Source: a virus | DNA length: 64,000 nt | IMG/VR virus record: IMGVR_UViG_3300030329_003387 | Direction: 5' to 3' (one strand) | Part shown: one piece after another, positions 39,971-49,522 of the stretch | Numbering within the stretch: position 1 is the first letter of the stretch | Layout: each line of letters opens with the position of its first letter | Program-made: the position numbers and the translations under genes | The notes under the pieces: model-generated | Database searches by the model: none | Told to the model about the DNA's origin: nothing | The model's input: the letters and a program-made list of their open reading frames with translations, nothing else

Positions 39971-40998
39971 TACATCATCCCTGCTTCCATGATTTCGTCT
40001 TTCAAGTCTTTTTGTATATCATTAAATTTATAATGATGTAGCTCGCCGCCTTCTGCTTCGCTTAGTTGTTTTACTCTACTCTTTTTAATATGTTGAGAGT
40101 AATCACTATTCAAATTATTTATTCTCTTTGCGTCGTCATAATCTTTTGCGGCAACAAATATGTCTTTTGCGCTTTTGTGTTTGGAGTGTAGTTTTTCTAA
40201 TAACTTTTCTTTTTGTGACTTAGATTGTTTTTCTCTCTGTAATAACAACCAGCCATCAATAGCATCGTCGTCTTCTACAATTTCATCTGGAGGGCATTCT
40301 GTAGACTGATATATGTTGTCGTACATCAAAGAGAAGCTCATTAAAGAAACTTGCTCTGTAGTCAAATCTGATGCCGCTCCTTCAAAAACTCCTGAACAAC
40401 TTTTATTGCAATTCCAGAATGATCTCCAAGGAGTAGTTCTAGCTAGCTCTCTGTACTGAGTTTCTGGTATTACTGCTTTTTTATATTGTGTTAGTAAACT
40501 TGTTGGGCTAATTTCTTCCCAATCGTAATCGCTTCCGTCTGGAAGCTTTGTTGTATTTTCTATTAGCCATATTGATTTGGCAAAAGTCGCTATACCCTCA
40601 CAAGTCAAAAAATCATACGAATGTTTGTTTGAGAGTATTTGTGCAGACTCTTCTCTGAGTTCATTTAGTTCAAGCCTTTTTAATTCTCTTTCTCTAGGTT
40701 CAAAAAATAACTCAAATATTTGTTTTTTTAATATGTCTTGCTGTTTGTCTATTTCTTCAAGTCTTTCTTTTATTGTTTCATTCCAAAAGCCTTGATCTTC
40801 CAGCATTTCCAGAAGCTCTTCCTCAACCATGTTTTCTTCGGCATAAGCTTCTTCATAGGCTTCAGCAAAAACAAGCTGCGCCTCATAGTTTTGTTCTTTT
40901 GTTGGATGGTGAATATATAAGGTAATATCCTTACCTTTGTATATGTGATACCCACACCTTATCCTAGCGAGCAAAAGCTCTTTTTGGTATGATTGCAT
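39970..40998 (-). CDS. Putative tail assembly chaperone (paralog A) with extra C-terminal domain
   Basis: Immediately after the tail tube gene; helical; similar to 38668..39582. Confidence 0.55.
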   Translation of the reverse strand: MQSYQKELLLARIRCGYHIYKGKDITLYIHHPTKEQNYEAQLVFAEAYEEAYAEENMVEEELLEMLEDQGFWNETIKERLEEIDKQQDILKKQIFELFFEPRERELKRLELNELREESAQILSNKHSYDFLTCEGIATFAKSIWLIENTTKLPDGSDYDWEEISPTSLLTQYKKAVIPETQYRELARTTPWRSFWNCNKSCSGVFEGAASDLTTEQVSLMSFSLMYDNIYQSTECPPDEIVEDDDAIDGWLLLQREKQSKSQKEKLLEKLHSKHKSAKDIFVAAKDYDDAKRINNLNSDYSQHIKKSRVKQLSEAEGGELHHYKFNDIQKDLKDEIMEAGMM

Positions 40999-41007
40999 AC
41001 TAATCCT

Positions 41008-41088
41008 AAAAAAGTCAGTACGTCTACTTGCCAGTCTACTATCCTACTATACGTAATATTGATGGCTATCGCAGCAATTCGTACTGAC
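41008..41088 (-). promoter_or_regulatory. Structured RNA element closed by a 9-bp stem, followed by U6 and RBS
   Basis: GTCAGTACG (41014-41022) and CGTACTGAC (41080-41088) are a perfect inverted repeat enclosing 57 nt. Confidence 0.55.
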
Positions 41089-41119
41089 AAAAAGGGTTGG
41101 GGACTTTCGTCCCCTTCCC
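41089..41119 (-). terminator. Intrinsic terminator after the tail tube gene
   Basis: GGG-AA-GGGGAC-GAAA-GTCCCC-AA-CCC-TTTTT (GNRA loop). Confidence 0.8.
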
Positions 41120-41142
41120 CAAATTGTCTTATTCAACTAAGA

Positions 41143-42060
41143 TTAGCTGGTTACCGTCAAGTCGTTAAAGTTACGATATGAGTAGGTAATTGTGGCATTT
41201 TCACCACCCGTCGAACCACCACCCCAAGTCCAAGTAGTAAGCTTGTTCTTAGTTCCGAGGTTAAACGTGTGTCCACCAGCTGCAATGCTAATAGTTCTCT
41301 CTGCAACGTTATCCTGTTCTGGATAAGCATTAACATTAGCACTACCTGTTGCAAGAACTTCAACTTCGCAAGAAACTTCGACAGGATACGTAACGTATCT
41401 TGTATAAGGAAGTTTCTGACCAAGAATATTGATCTGTTCACGACCAAAGTCAACACTAACGGTAAGGTTAGTAATTTTAGCGGAAGCACCAATGTCATTA
41501 GCCAAGTTACTTTGAATAGTCGAGATGTTTGTAACATCCTGTCTACGTTTAACTGAGCCGGACTGTGGACTACTAGGTGCGCCATTAAGCTGACCGGAAG
41601 AACTCCAAGCAGCGTGATTTCCAACAAAGGTAATTGACTCTGTCAAGTTACCGTCAGTTGGGAACGAGAACGAAGCTGAAGAAACATACATACCAGAACA
41701 GTAAACACCAGCGTCTGGATTGCCGTCACCGACTTCGTCGTTAGTATCAGCGTAAACATTAAAGTAAACGCCACATCTGTTATTTTGGTTTGCAGAAATG
41801 GTTCCTTCACCGAACGAAGAGGTATACAGAAGGTCTTGACCGTCCATAACTCGTTCTACAGTAACCTCAACATCAGGCACTTCTTCAACGTCCTGATACA
41901 GAGACAACTGACCCAGCTGGAACACTTGTTCTAAGTTAAATGTCGTTGTAATTCCAACGCTCTGTACGCCGGATACAAAATCAGCAGCGCCAACGGAATC
42001 CGCACCGCCGTCACTATTGATTCCAAGGGCTTGAATTGCCCAATAGACTCTTGTTGCCAT
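41143..42060 (-). CDS. Major tail tube protein
   Basis: GVQSVGITTTFNLEQVFQLGQL...PDVEVTVER; beta-sandwich pattern; own promoter, RBS and terminator. Confidence 0.75.
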   Translation of the reverse strand: MATRVYWAIQALGINSDGGADSVGAADFVSGVQSVGITTTFNLEQVFQLGQLSLYQDVEEVPDVEVTVERVMDGQDLLYTSSFGEGTISANQNNRCGVYFNVYADTNDEVGDGNPDAGVYCSGMYVSSASFSFPTDGNLTESITFVGNHAAWSSSGQLNGAPSSPQSGSVKRRQDVTNISTIQSNLANDIGASAKITNLTVSVDFGREQINILGQKLPYTRYVTYPVEVSCEVEVLATGSANVNAYPEQDNVAERTISIAAGGHTFNLGTKNKLTTWTWGGGSTGGENATITYSYRNFNDLTVTS

Positions 42061-42100
42061 GATTATGCTCTCCTAATTATAGGTTTATTTGCTACCAATG

Positions 42101-42112
42101 TATTATACACCA
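42101..42112 (-). promoter_or_regulatory. Putative late promoter TGGTGTATAATA (tail tube)
   Basis: Exact copy of the motif, about 40 nt upstream of the ATG. Confidence 0.75.
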
Positions 42113-42127
42113 AATAAGGTGGTTTTC

Positions 42128-43141
42128 TTACTTAATTATCTCCGCAGTAAGCCTTACTACACCGTGGTATAAATTAGGACTTATCTCGCTACCATCTTGA
42201 ATTCTAGCGTTTTTGAAACGCATTTTTCCATCTGAATGTTCCCACCTGTAACCTTTTTTCTCTATAGAATCTCCAGTATGTCCAGTTGGTTTTATCATAT
42301 CTTGATATGACATTCCACTCGGTCTTACTTGACCTCTATGATCTAAAGGAAACGCATCTTTTCTTCCTATTCTATCACTATCAAACATAAATATGGTTTT
42401 CTCCTCTTGTAGAGAAACCATGTCAACAAGCTTATCTCTTGTATAAGAATCTTCAGCTAGTACATGAAACACAACATCTGTATCAATGTAATGCGTCAGT
42501 CCGCCTAAAGCATATGGTTCTAAGCTTCTTCTTGTAGTAGTATCCACAGCTATTGCTGGTAACTGGAGTCTATTATCCGCAAGTTGAGAATAGTCTCCAG
42601 ATCCTGTGTGAGTAAAATCGCCGTCTGCTCTTTGCGATCTATACTGCACCTCCCTAAAAAACTCGCTATCAGCAGGTACAACTTTGACCCACTTATAACT
42701 AAACTCTGCTGTTACAGTAGAGCCAGTGCTTATTGCACTATCAAAAACAACACGCCCTCTAGGATAATCTATATGATGACCATATGTAGAATCACCAGAG
42801 GTATAAAAACTGCCATTAACAAACACTCCGGATATTCCCGGATTATGCCATTTGTTTGTAACTAGCGGTTGTGTTTCGCATTCAAGTCCACTTTGCCAGA
42901 CCCAATTGGATCTAAAACCTTCCCATACTTGTCCTGATGTATATCTAGGGTCATCAACAAGGCGAAGTTTATGTTTGTCTCCGCCGTAGTGTCCCGATGT
43001 AGGGATATCAATATTAAAAAATCCACCATTGTTTAAAATGGCAAAATCAAAATATTCTATGACATTATCTTTTAGTAGGGAAGTTACTGTACTATCACCT
43101 ACGTTTGATACCTTATTTAAATTTAAATAATCTTTAGCCAT
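42128..43141 (-). CDS. Putative tail terminator / neck protein
   Basis: Directly upstream of the tube gene; LQLPAIAVD...VVFHVLAEDSYTRDKLVD pattern. Confidence 0.5.
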   Translation of the reverse strand: MAKDYLNLNKVSNVGDSTVTSLLKDNVIEYFDFAILNNGGFFNIDIPTSGHYGGDKHKLRLVDDPRYTSGQVWEGFRSNWVWQSGLECETQPLVTNKWHNPGISGVFVNGSFYTSGDSTYGHHIDYPRGRVVFDSAISTGSTVTAEFSYKWVKVVPADSEFFREVQYRSQRADGDFTHTGSGDYSQLADNRLQLPAIAVDTTTRRSLEPYALGGLTHYIDTDVVFHVLAEDSYTRDKLVDMVSLQEEKTIFMFDSDRIGRKDAFPLDHRGQVRPSGMSYQDMIKPTGHTGDSIEKKGYRWEHSDGKMRFKNARIQDGSEISPNLYHGVVRLTAEIIK

Positions 43142-43142
43142 A

Positions 43143-43805
43143 TTATCCCCAGTGTTTTTTGGTTTGCACTTCTAAAACTTTAGCTATTGCATTCTCTGTA
43201 ATTTTGTCTTCTAAAGCTCTAGTAATAAAGTTGTCTTCTGTAGTTCCGGAATACTTACTTGGAACACTCCATGTGGCACTTTGGTTTTTGACCATCTTGC
43301 CTTTTCCTGACCTACCCATAGGACCCTGCACAAAATCAAAACCTTTTACAATCATCGAATCGCCCATGTTAAGCAACCAGTGCAGCCAATTAAGTTCTAC
43401 AACTTTTTTATATCTTTGAGAGTAATACTTAAACTTACTACCAGACATCCCCCATATCTCAGGCCAGCTTGAAGAAGGCATTACACCAAGTTCTAAACCA
43501 CCTCTAAGAGTTGAACCGACAACTTTTACTGTTTTAGGTGTAATAAATATATTTTCGGAAACTTCTTGAGCTATTCTTAGGGATATCGTGGAGGCTAGTG
43601 ATGGTCTTAGCCCCAGCTCTCCTCTCAAGTCTCCGCTAGACAAGCTTCTTACTTCGTGCGAGTTTAGTATCGAAGACTCTACAGATCTTTTTATTGGGTT
43701 AAGTGCAGATCTAGAAACAGCAGTAAAAACCGAAGTTGCGTGTTTTGCGAGCGCATTTAATATTTGTTTTTCTAACAGTCTTTCAGACTTTAGCTGTACC
43801 GACAT
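43143..43805 (-). CDS. Putative tail completion / neck protein
   Basis: Neck position; C-terminal GTTEDNFITRAL; start taken at the TAATG overlap. Confidence 0.45.
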   Translation of the reverse strand: MSVQLKSERLLEKQILNALAKHATSVFTAVSRSALNPIKRSVESSILNSHEVRSLSSGDLRGELGLRPSLASTISLRIAQEVSENIFITPKTVKVVGSTLRGGLELGVMPSSSWPEIWGMSGSKFKYYSQRYKKVVELNWLHWLLNMGDSMIVKGFDFVQGPMGRSGKGKMVKNQSATWSVPSKYSGTTEDNFITRALEDKITENAIAKVLEVQTKKHWG

Positions 43806-44296
43806 TAAACTCTTTCCCAATAAAGAACAATATACTGCGTTGGATTTTGTTTAAACCCCTGAACAAACGGTTCTGATATTCTTTTGTATCTACCTTGATT
43901 GTATGCCCCGACATCAATCAGTAGCTCTTTAGCTTTTGTAAGGTCGTCATAATCAGACATTAGACCCACCGTTTGTATAACGTTGTTCGGGATATCTACA
44001 TTAAATCCAACGTTAATAAAATCTCTTCTATTGTGATAAACTCTTAGTTCTACGTTTTTTGTTTCCTCTACAGCTTTGTAGCCTTTACCGCCACACAAAG
44101 GGCATAGACTTCCTCTATTAAAAGAAACAGGACCTCCAGTTCTATAGGTATTTACAGACCTTCCTCCAATGGTATTCGTAATACAGTTTCCGCATCTATC
44201 TTTTTTTTCTGGATATACCAAAGTACAAGTTCTATTAAACAGAAGTATAGCTTCGTTTAGTTTTTCAAATACACTAGCAGGAATATTAAGAGCCAT
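43805..44296 (-). CDS. Putative head-closure protein with Zn-finger insertion
   Basis: CGNC...CPLCGGKGY; neck position. Confidence 0.5.
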   Translation of the reverse strand: MALNIPASVFEKLNEAILLFNRTCTLVYPEKKDRCGNCITNTIGGRSVNTYRTGGPVSFNRGSLCPLCGGKGYKAVEETKNVELRVYHNRRDFINVGFNVDIPNNVIQTVGLMSDYDDLTKAKELLIDVGAYNQGRYKRISEPFVQGFKQNPTQYIVLYWERV

Positions 44297-44303
44297 TATT
44301 CAC

Positions 44304-45413
44304 CTATATAATTTCGGACGAAGGATCTACTAATATAAAACCAATCCTAGACGAATAATTTGGTTTTAAGAAACCGTCTCGCTTACCAGTTATTGAAGCT
44401 GGCGCATATTCATCTGCTCCTAAATCCCAAGTATCTCCTTTGTCATCTCTATCTCTTCCGTCTATGTCTATTTCTACGTTTGTAGGAGTTGTTCCCAAAT
44501 CAACACCTTCATCTATACACGTACTTATTGATTTTAGATGGAGGTTGGGATCGCTCTTTACGCTACTAGAAAAAGCATTCGTGTGTGTTTCTTCTACAAT
44601 ATTAGTGAAGTCTGTCACGCTTGCTGCGTCATAGCAGAGATGACTATTTACAGCAGATGAATCTTTGGTTCCAGCTCCTGCAATCTTGCCGAGATTGTCA
44701 TCTAATATAATATTGTTTCTTATTCTTGAGTTTGCATGAGTGTCCATATATGCAAACATTTCTTGGTTTGTAGAAACGCTTTGCTTGTCTATATCATAAA
44801 AGGTATTGTTATAAATTAATTGTTCTCTAGCCGTGCTTGAGTTTCCATGAAAAACATACCAAGAGTGACCTTCGCCACCATGTATATTGAATACAAAGTT
44901 ATTCGTAAAAACGTTTTTATTCCCCTCTAACAAAAACGTATAGTTGTTAGAAGAGTCTTGCCCAGCGCCAAAACTGTGTATCAAATTGTTTTGTATGTAA
45001 AGCTCTGTAGCGCCAGTACACTTAAACATTTGCTTATCGTTACCATTACTAATGGTGTCGTCATCTCCGTCAAACTCTATCCATGAAAAAGTCATGGTGT
45101 CAACGGTTGCGTTTCCATCAAACTGTACAAGATGTCTACTTGCTGAATTTCTTCTTACCGTAGCTCCAGTGCCTTTATTGCCATTGTGTCTATTACCTTC
45201 TGCACTTGAAGATGTTAGCGTAATACTGTCCAAACCAATACTTCCACCACCGTCTACGTCTATGTCCTCAACAAAAACACTATCATTATAAAGCTCGCCA
45301 ACAGCGTCATCTCCACTGCTATATATTGAAGAGCTATCTAAATCTGCTTCCCATGCAGCTATCGTACTGTAATCACGGGAAGAAGTACCTATACTTTTTG
45401 TAACAGTTGCCAT
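44304..45413 (-). CDS. Right-handed beta-helix (pectin-lyase-like) virion protein
   Basis: IQNNLIH, FTNNFVF, IYNNTFY and IRNNII repeats; C-terminal DIDGRDR...WDLGADEY. Confidence 0.65.
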   Translation of the reverse strand: MATVTKSIGTSSRDYSTIAAWEADLDSSSIYSSGDDAVGELYNDSVFVEDIDVDGGGSIGLDSITLTSSSAEGNRHNGNKGTGATVRRNSASRHLVQFDGNATVDTMTFSWIEFDGDDDTISNGNDKQMFKCTGATELYIQNNLIHSFGAGQDSSNNYTFLLEGNKNVFTNNFVFNIHGGEGHSWYVFHGNSSTAREQLIYNNTFYDIDKQSVSTNQEMFAYMDTHANSRIRNNIILDDNLGKIAGAGTKDSSAVNSHLCYDAASVTDFTNIVEETHTNAFSSSVKSDPNLHLKSISTCIDEGVDLGTTPTNVEIDIDGRDRDDKGDTWDLGADEYAPASITGKRDGFLKPNYSSRIGFILVDPSSEII

Positions 45414-46192
45414 TATACTACTATTATCCCCGCTTCAACTTTGTCTACATTGATATCATCTATGAATGGTCTTTCGTTAAGATCTACCCTTCCGTCAACT
45501 TCTTTGTCTTTGTTTCTAACATCATCTACGTTTACGCCACTAATATCCCAGTAAGGAACTTGCCATCTTCTTTTAGCTATCAAGATGTCATCTCCAGTAA
45601 TAACTCTATCGTGACGTTGATGTACAGTGTCTCCGGAAAGCTCTTGAATGATACCTCCGGCGTTGCCTCTACAATTCATGGCATAAAAATGCCTTTTTTC
45701 CAATTCAGTTAAAGGCCAAGACATGTGTTCATTTTTTAGGTTGTCAGTGTGAGTTTCTATGTCGTTCCACACACTATCTATGTCTACCTGCCTGTTACCT
45801 GCGTACCATACCTCTGCATCGCTTTCGCCAAAAATTAAATGGTTGCGATTCTTAAACCTTCTTTTCAATAGATCATGTACGTCTATAGATTCCCCGTTGT
45901 CATTGGCTGTCAAACCAATAATCTCTTCTTCCAGAGTGATTAAGTTTATTTTCTTAACCTCTGTCTGGTTTACCCTAACAAACTTATATTTGTTAGTCTT
46001 TTCCATGAACTTCATAAGAAGTCCATCATTAGGACGAAGGCCAGTAACCGTATCAAGAGGGAAATTATTAACGTGGCATTTCATCTCGGCATGACACATG
46101 AGTATCTTGTCGTTAGAGAATGCTTGAACTATGTCTCCATCTTTATAGGATTTATCACCAGCTACATCATCTATTTTTAAGATGAGTTCCAT
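45413..46192 (-). CDS. Hypothetical protein
   Basis: ATG at 46192 with GGGAG RBS; coupled to the downstream gene. Confidence 0.6.
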   Translation of the reverse strand: MELILKIDDVAGDKSYKDGDIVQAFSNDKILMCHAEMKCHVNNFPLDTVTGLRPNDGLLMKFMEKTNKYKFVRVNQTEVKKINLITLEEEIIGLTANDNGESIDVHDLLKRRFKNRNHLIFGESDAEVWYAGNRQVDIDSVWNDIETHTDNLKNEHMSWPLTELEKRHFYAMNCRGNAGGIIQELSGDTVHQRHDRVITGDDILIAKRRWQVPYWDISGVNVDDVRNKDKEVDGRVDLNERPFIDDINVDKVEAGIIVV

Positions 46193-46202
46193 TGCTGACT
46201 CC

Positions 46203-46499
46203 CTATACGAGCATGAAAAATACTTTGCTATTAGTTCCTGTAGATGCAACTACATATACTTTTGTTGCGTCTCTTACCGGAACTAATATAGACTCACCAG
46301 CCGCCAACGGAAATCCATCAGTATCGTCTGCTGAATCTGCTGTTACATTATGTAACCCGACATATATAGTAGCAGAATTACCAGCGCTAGCTGTGATCTG
46401 CACACCCCTGTCGGCCTTGGTAGTATTGGTAGTCAATTGGAGCGCTGTGGTTCCAATGCTACTCTTTCTACCTGTTAGAAAATTAGGAACAGCTGTCAT
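46203..46499 (-). CDS. Small beta-sandwich putative virion protein
   Basis: GVQITASAGNSATIYVG...GFPLAAGES...VYVVA; AGGA RBS. Confidence 0.6.
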   Translation of the reverse strand: MTAVPNFLTGRKSSIGTTALQLTTNTTKADRGVQITASAGNSATIYVGLHNVTADSADDTDGFPLAAGESILVPVRDATKVYVVASTGTNSKVFFMLV

Positions 46500-46509
46500 T
46501 GTTTATTCC

Positions 46510-46716
46510 TTATGATGTGTAATAAGTTACTTCGTCAAATCTATCTGTAAGCTTGCCTTCAAGACCGCCAGTTGTACCAGCGTCATTTTGTGTGGCATCA
46601 ATAGTAAAATTGCTACCAATAGCATCAGTACCAGCGGCTTTTGGAGAACCAACTACAATAGCCCCGTTATTGATTGCGCTTACGTTTTTTTGTGCATGGT
46701 CAGCTACGTCAGCCAT
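46510..46716 (-). CDS. Small hypothetical protein
   Basis: AAGGAG RBS; fills the gap in the operon. Confidence 0.6.
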   Translation of the reverse strand: MADVADHAQKNVSAINNGAIVVGSPKAAGTDAIGSNFTIDATQNDAGTTGGLEGKLTDRFDEVTYYTS

Positions 46717-46729
46717 ATCTATCTCCTTG

Positions 46730-49003
46730 TTAGGATTCTAATTCTGAAATTCTTTGTTTAGCTGCATCAAGCTCAGCTTTAAGCTCTTTGACGGCAGCGA
46801 CTAAGTAAACATTGATTATATGGTTATCAAGGGATTTTACATCCTCCACAATCACTTCATGTGTATCATGATCTTTTAGGTCATGTCCGCTATTAATAAC
46901 AGCTTCTGGAAAATGTTCTTCAACTTCTTGTGCTATAAAGTTGTAGTAGTTAGTATCAGATGTAACTCCAGCTGTACAATCACAATAGCTTTCTGTATAT
47001 TTAAATTTGACTGGTCTCAATGAGTCTATTTTATCCAAAGCATTTTCTATAGTGCTTACGTCTGTTTTAACTCTTTGGTCTGATACTACAGTCCATACAG
47101 AACTTATTGGTTTTGCAGCAGAATTACTACTTAACTGTAATTCATATGAAGGGGTGGTATTCAATCCGACTTTTCCGTCGTCTGTTATTTTTATACCTTC
47201 ATTTCCTCCGTCATTACTTATCCAGTTATTGTTTAGCAATATGTTGCCTTGTACACTAACCTCATTAAACACGCCAGATCCACGGAATTTAGTAGAGTCT
47301 GCATAAACCTCCATTTTGTGAAGGTTACTTCCTTCCGTATCAAATCTAGTTATGTTTAATTTGGCATTTGTGTCTGCGGCGCTAGTACCCGCCTGTATGT
47401 AAGCAGTATTATTTGTTGATCTTGAACCAACAAACCTTAGAGCTGAATTACTTCCACCAAATGGGTCTCCAATAATCATCGAGGTATTTTCACCATAAAC
47501 ATGCAACTTGTCCTTGCCTAGAACAGTAGAATGATATGGAGAGTCGGTATTAATACCAACGTTTCCTCTTCTATCAATAGTTAAATGAGAAGGAACAAAA
47601 GAACCTGAGTTATTAATCTTCAAAGAGGAGTTAGAAGACTTATAGCCTATAGTGGCCCAATGTCCCTTTTCATTGTCGGTAGAGGCATAACTTAATATTC
47701 CACTACCATCTGTATTTTTACCTATGTGTATCGCTGTGTTGGTATTTAGAGCATTTTCCAAAGCAAAGGTTGTAGGAGTGCCGCTTCCAGAAACATGCAG
47801 ATTGTGATTAGGTCTCCAAGTATGCTGAACACTAATTCCTGAGTTACCTATACCAACATTACCGTTGGTGGAATCAATAACAAGCGCTTGCGCTCTGGGT
47901 ACTTGAGCGCTTTTTGTGTCTATAACCAGCCTGTGTTTGTCGCCTTCCCATCGTATGTCAGCATAATTCGATAAGTATGACCTACCATCTCCAGAGCCTA
48001 TATACAAATGAGAATCGCCAGTTTTTGATCCTATAGATACAGCATGACCATCTCCACTAGCTGTTATTCTTCCAAGGCTATCTCCAACCTCAAAACGCTC
48101 TTTAGGATATCTATTACCAACGGATGCATACCCACCACTATCTATAACAAAAAGAGCTTCGCTAGATCTAACAGATCCGCTTCTGTCGGTGTCAGAGCCT
48201 ATAAAGAAGTAACCGACACCACTACCTGCGCTGCTCACGCCGATACCATAACCTAAAGTTATGTCATTTTCGCTATAATCTGTAGTCCCTGTTTTGTACT
48301 TGTATATTAAAGTGTTGGCTAAATCGTTTGAGGCTATTTTAGAATCAAACCTCAAAGCAGCCCCAGACGAACGAACATGAAGTGAGTTGAGAGCATTTGT
48401 AGTACCAACGCCAACTTTACCAGTGCTGCCTAAAGACATTCTTGGTGTAAAGATTGAAGTGCCGCTTGCCCAGTGACCAAAGTACATAGACTTATTGTCA
48501 GGAACGGCTATATTTCCAACAGCGTGGTCTAAAACCAAATTAACACCTGAGCCGTGTATAGACTTCAGGTGCATTGCTGGGTACTTGGTTCCACTGCCAT
48601 AGACAAGGACTTGGCCCTTTTCGTCTATGGCCATTCTCTTAACTGGACCTCTACCTCCAGTTGAAGAAACAACTCCAGAACTAGCAGTCTTGAAAACTAT
48701 AATACCATTATCTCTATTAGTGGTATCATCTCCACTGATAAAATTTATAGTGGCAACGTCTTTGCCAGACCACTGACCTTTTATTGTTGAAATATTGCCG
48801 TTAGCAGTTACTATACTGCTGTCTCTTAGGTCTAAATCATTCCTAAAATATACGTCAGTACCGCTAGCTGTAATTGGTATGACGGAGTCAACCATATTTT
48901 TTAGGGTAGTTCTAAGCGTTTCCGCTGTGATACCGCCAGCTTGATTATCTGCTAAGTCTGCATCTATTTTAGTCTTTAGACTATTTTGCGTATATTCTGC
49001 CAT
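46730..49003 (-). CDS. Fibre/spike protein with C-terminal intramolecular chaperone (peptidase S74)
   Basis: GNVGIG/GKVGVG fibre repeats; SDQRVKTDV...FIAQEVEEHFPEAV...LVAAVKEL coiled-coil end. Confidence 0.85.
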   Translation of the reverse strand: MAEYTQNSLKTKIDADLADNQAGGITAETLRTTLKNMVDSVIPITASGTDVYFRNDLDLRDSSIVTANGNISTIKGQWSGKDVATINFISGDDTTNRDNGIIVFKTASSGVVSSTGGRGPVKRMAIDEKGQVLVYGSGTKYPAMHLKSIHGSGVNLVLDHAVGNIAVPDNKSMYFGHWASGTSIFTPRMSLGSTGKVGVGTTNALNSLHVRSSGAALRFDSKIASNDLANTLIYKYKTGTTDYSENDITLGYGIGVSSAGSGVGYFFIGSDTDRSGSVRSSEALFVIDSGGYASVGNRYPKERFEVGDSLGRITASGDGHAVSIGSKTGDSHLYIGSGDGRSYLSNYADIRWEGDKHRLVIDTKSAQVPRAQALVIDSTNGNVGIGNSGISVQHTWRPNHNLHVSGSGTPTTFALENALNTNTAIHIGKNTDGSGILSYASTDNEKGHWATIGYKSSNSSLKINNSGSFVPSHLTIDRRGNVGINTDSPYHSTVLGKDKLHVYGENTSMIIGDPFGGSNSALRFVGSRSTNNTAYIQAGTSAADTNAKLNITRFDTEGSNLHKMEVYADSTKFRGSGVFNEVSVQGNILLNNNWISNDGGNEGIKITDDGKVGLNTTPSYELQLSSNSAAKPISSVWTVVSDQRVKTDVSTIENALDKIDSLRPVKFKYTESYCDCTAGVTSDTNYYNFIAQEVEEHFPEAVINSGHDLKDHDTHEVIVEDVKSLDNHIINVYLVAAVKELKAELDAAKQRISELES

Positions 49004-49512
49004 TATTCAAAGTATCCTGATCTTTGACCTAAGTGTGTTCTTGCAACAGCATCGCTTCCCGGAGAATAAGGACCAAGTATAGCTTGTCCAACAATGCCGT
49101 TCATCTTGTATTCCAGTTTGGCGTCGTCGTATTTTTTGTTTATGTCGTCGAATAATATTTTTAAACTACTAACTATACCCCTAAGATCTAAAGAGGATGG
49201 TCCGTCTTTTAAAGCGATAGCATTTAAAGAGTGTGTTTTTAGTTCGCTACCTAAAAGAACTGTGGCGGATTTTAGGGAAACCAAATTTATAAACGAATTA
49301 TCTTTACTTCCAGACGTAGTGGGGTCTGGAGACAAAGACGATCCGTCTACATCTATTGTGTATGTTTTATCAAAATTGATTTCATGCAAAACTAATTGTG
49401 CTGAAACTAGTATGCTTTCTTCAATTCTGCTGTCTGTGAAAGTATAGTTGCTAGAGTCTAAATCATTGATCAGGTGGCGAACAATTATACTCATTTCATT
49501 TTGCCAAGCCAT
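49003..49512 (-). CDS. Putative head-tail adaptor
   Basis: IVRHLINDLD...FTDSRIEE motif; helical; neck region. Confidence 0.55.
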   Translation of the reverse strand: MAWQNEMSIIVRHLINDLDSSNYTFTDSRIEESILVSAQLVLHEINFDKTYTIDVDGSSLSPDPTTSGSKDNSFINLVSLKSATVLLGSELKTHSLNAIALKDGPSSLDLRGIVSSLKILFDDINKKYDDAKLEYKMNGIVGQAILGPYSPGSDAVARTHLGQRSGYFE

Positions 49513-49522
49513 ATTACGCCCC

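Noticed and set aside
41089-41119. GGGGAC-GAAA-GTCCCC hairpin as hammerhead ribozyme stem II
   Set aside because: No CUGAnGA core or correctly placed GAAA/UH; the U-tract fits a terminator.
41143-44296. Contractile (myovirus) tail
   Set aside because: No sheath-sized gene next to the tube and no recognisable baseplate wedge (gpJ/gp25-like) genes.
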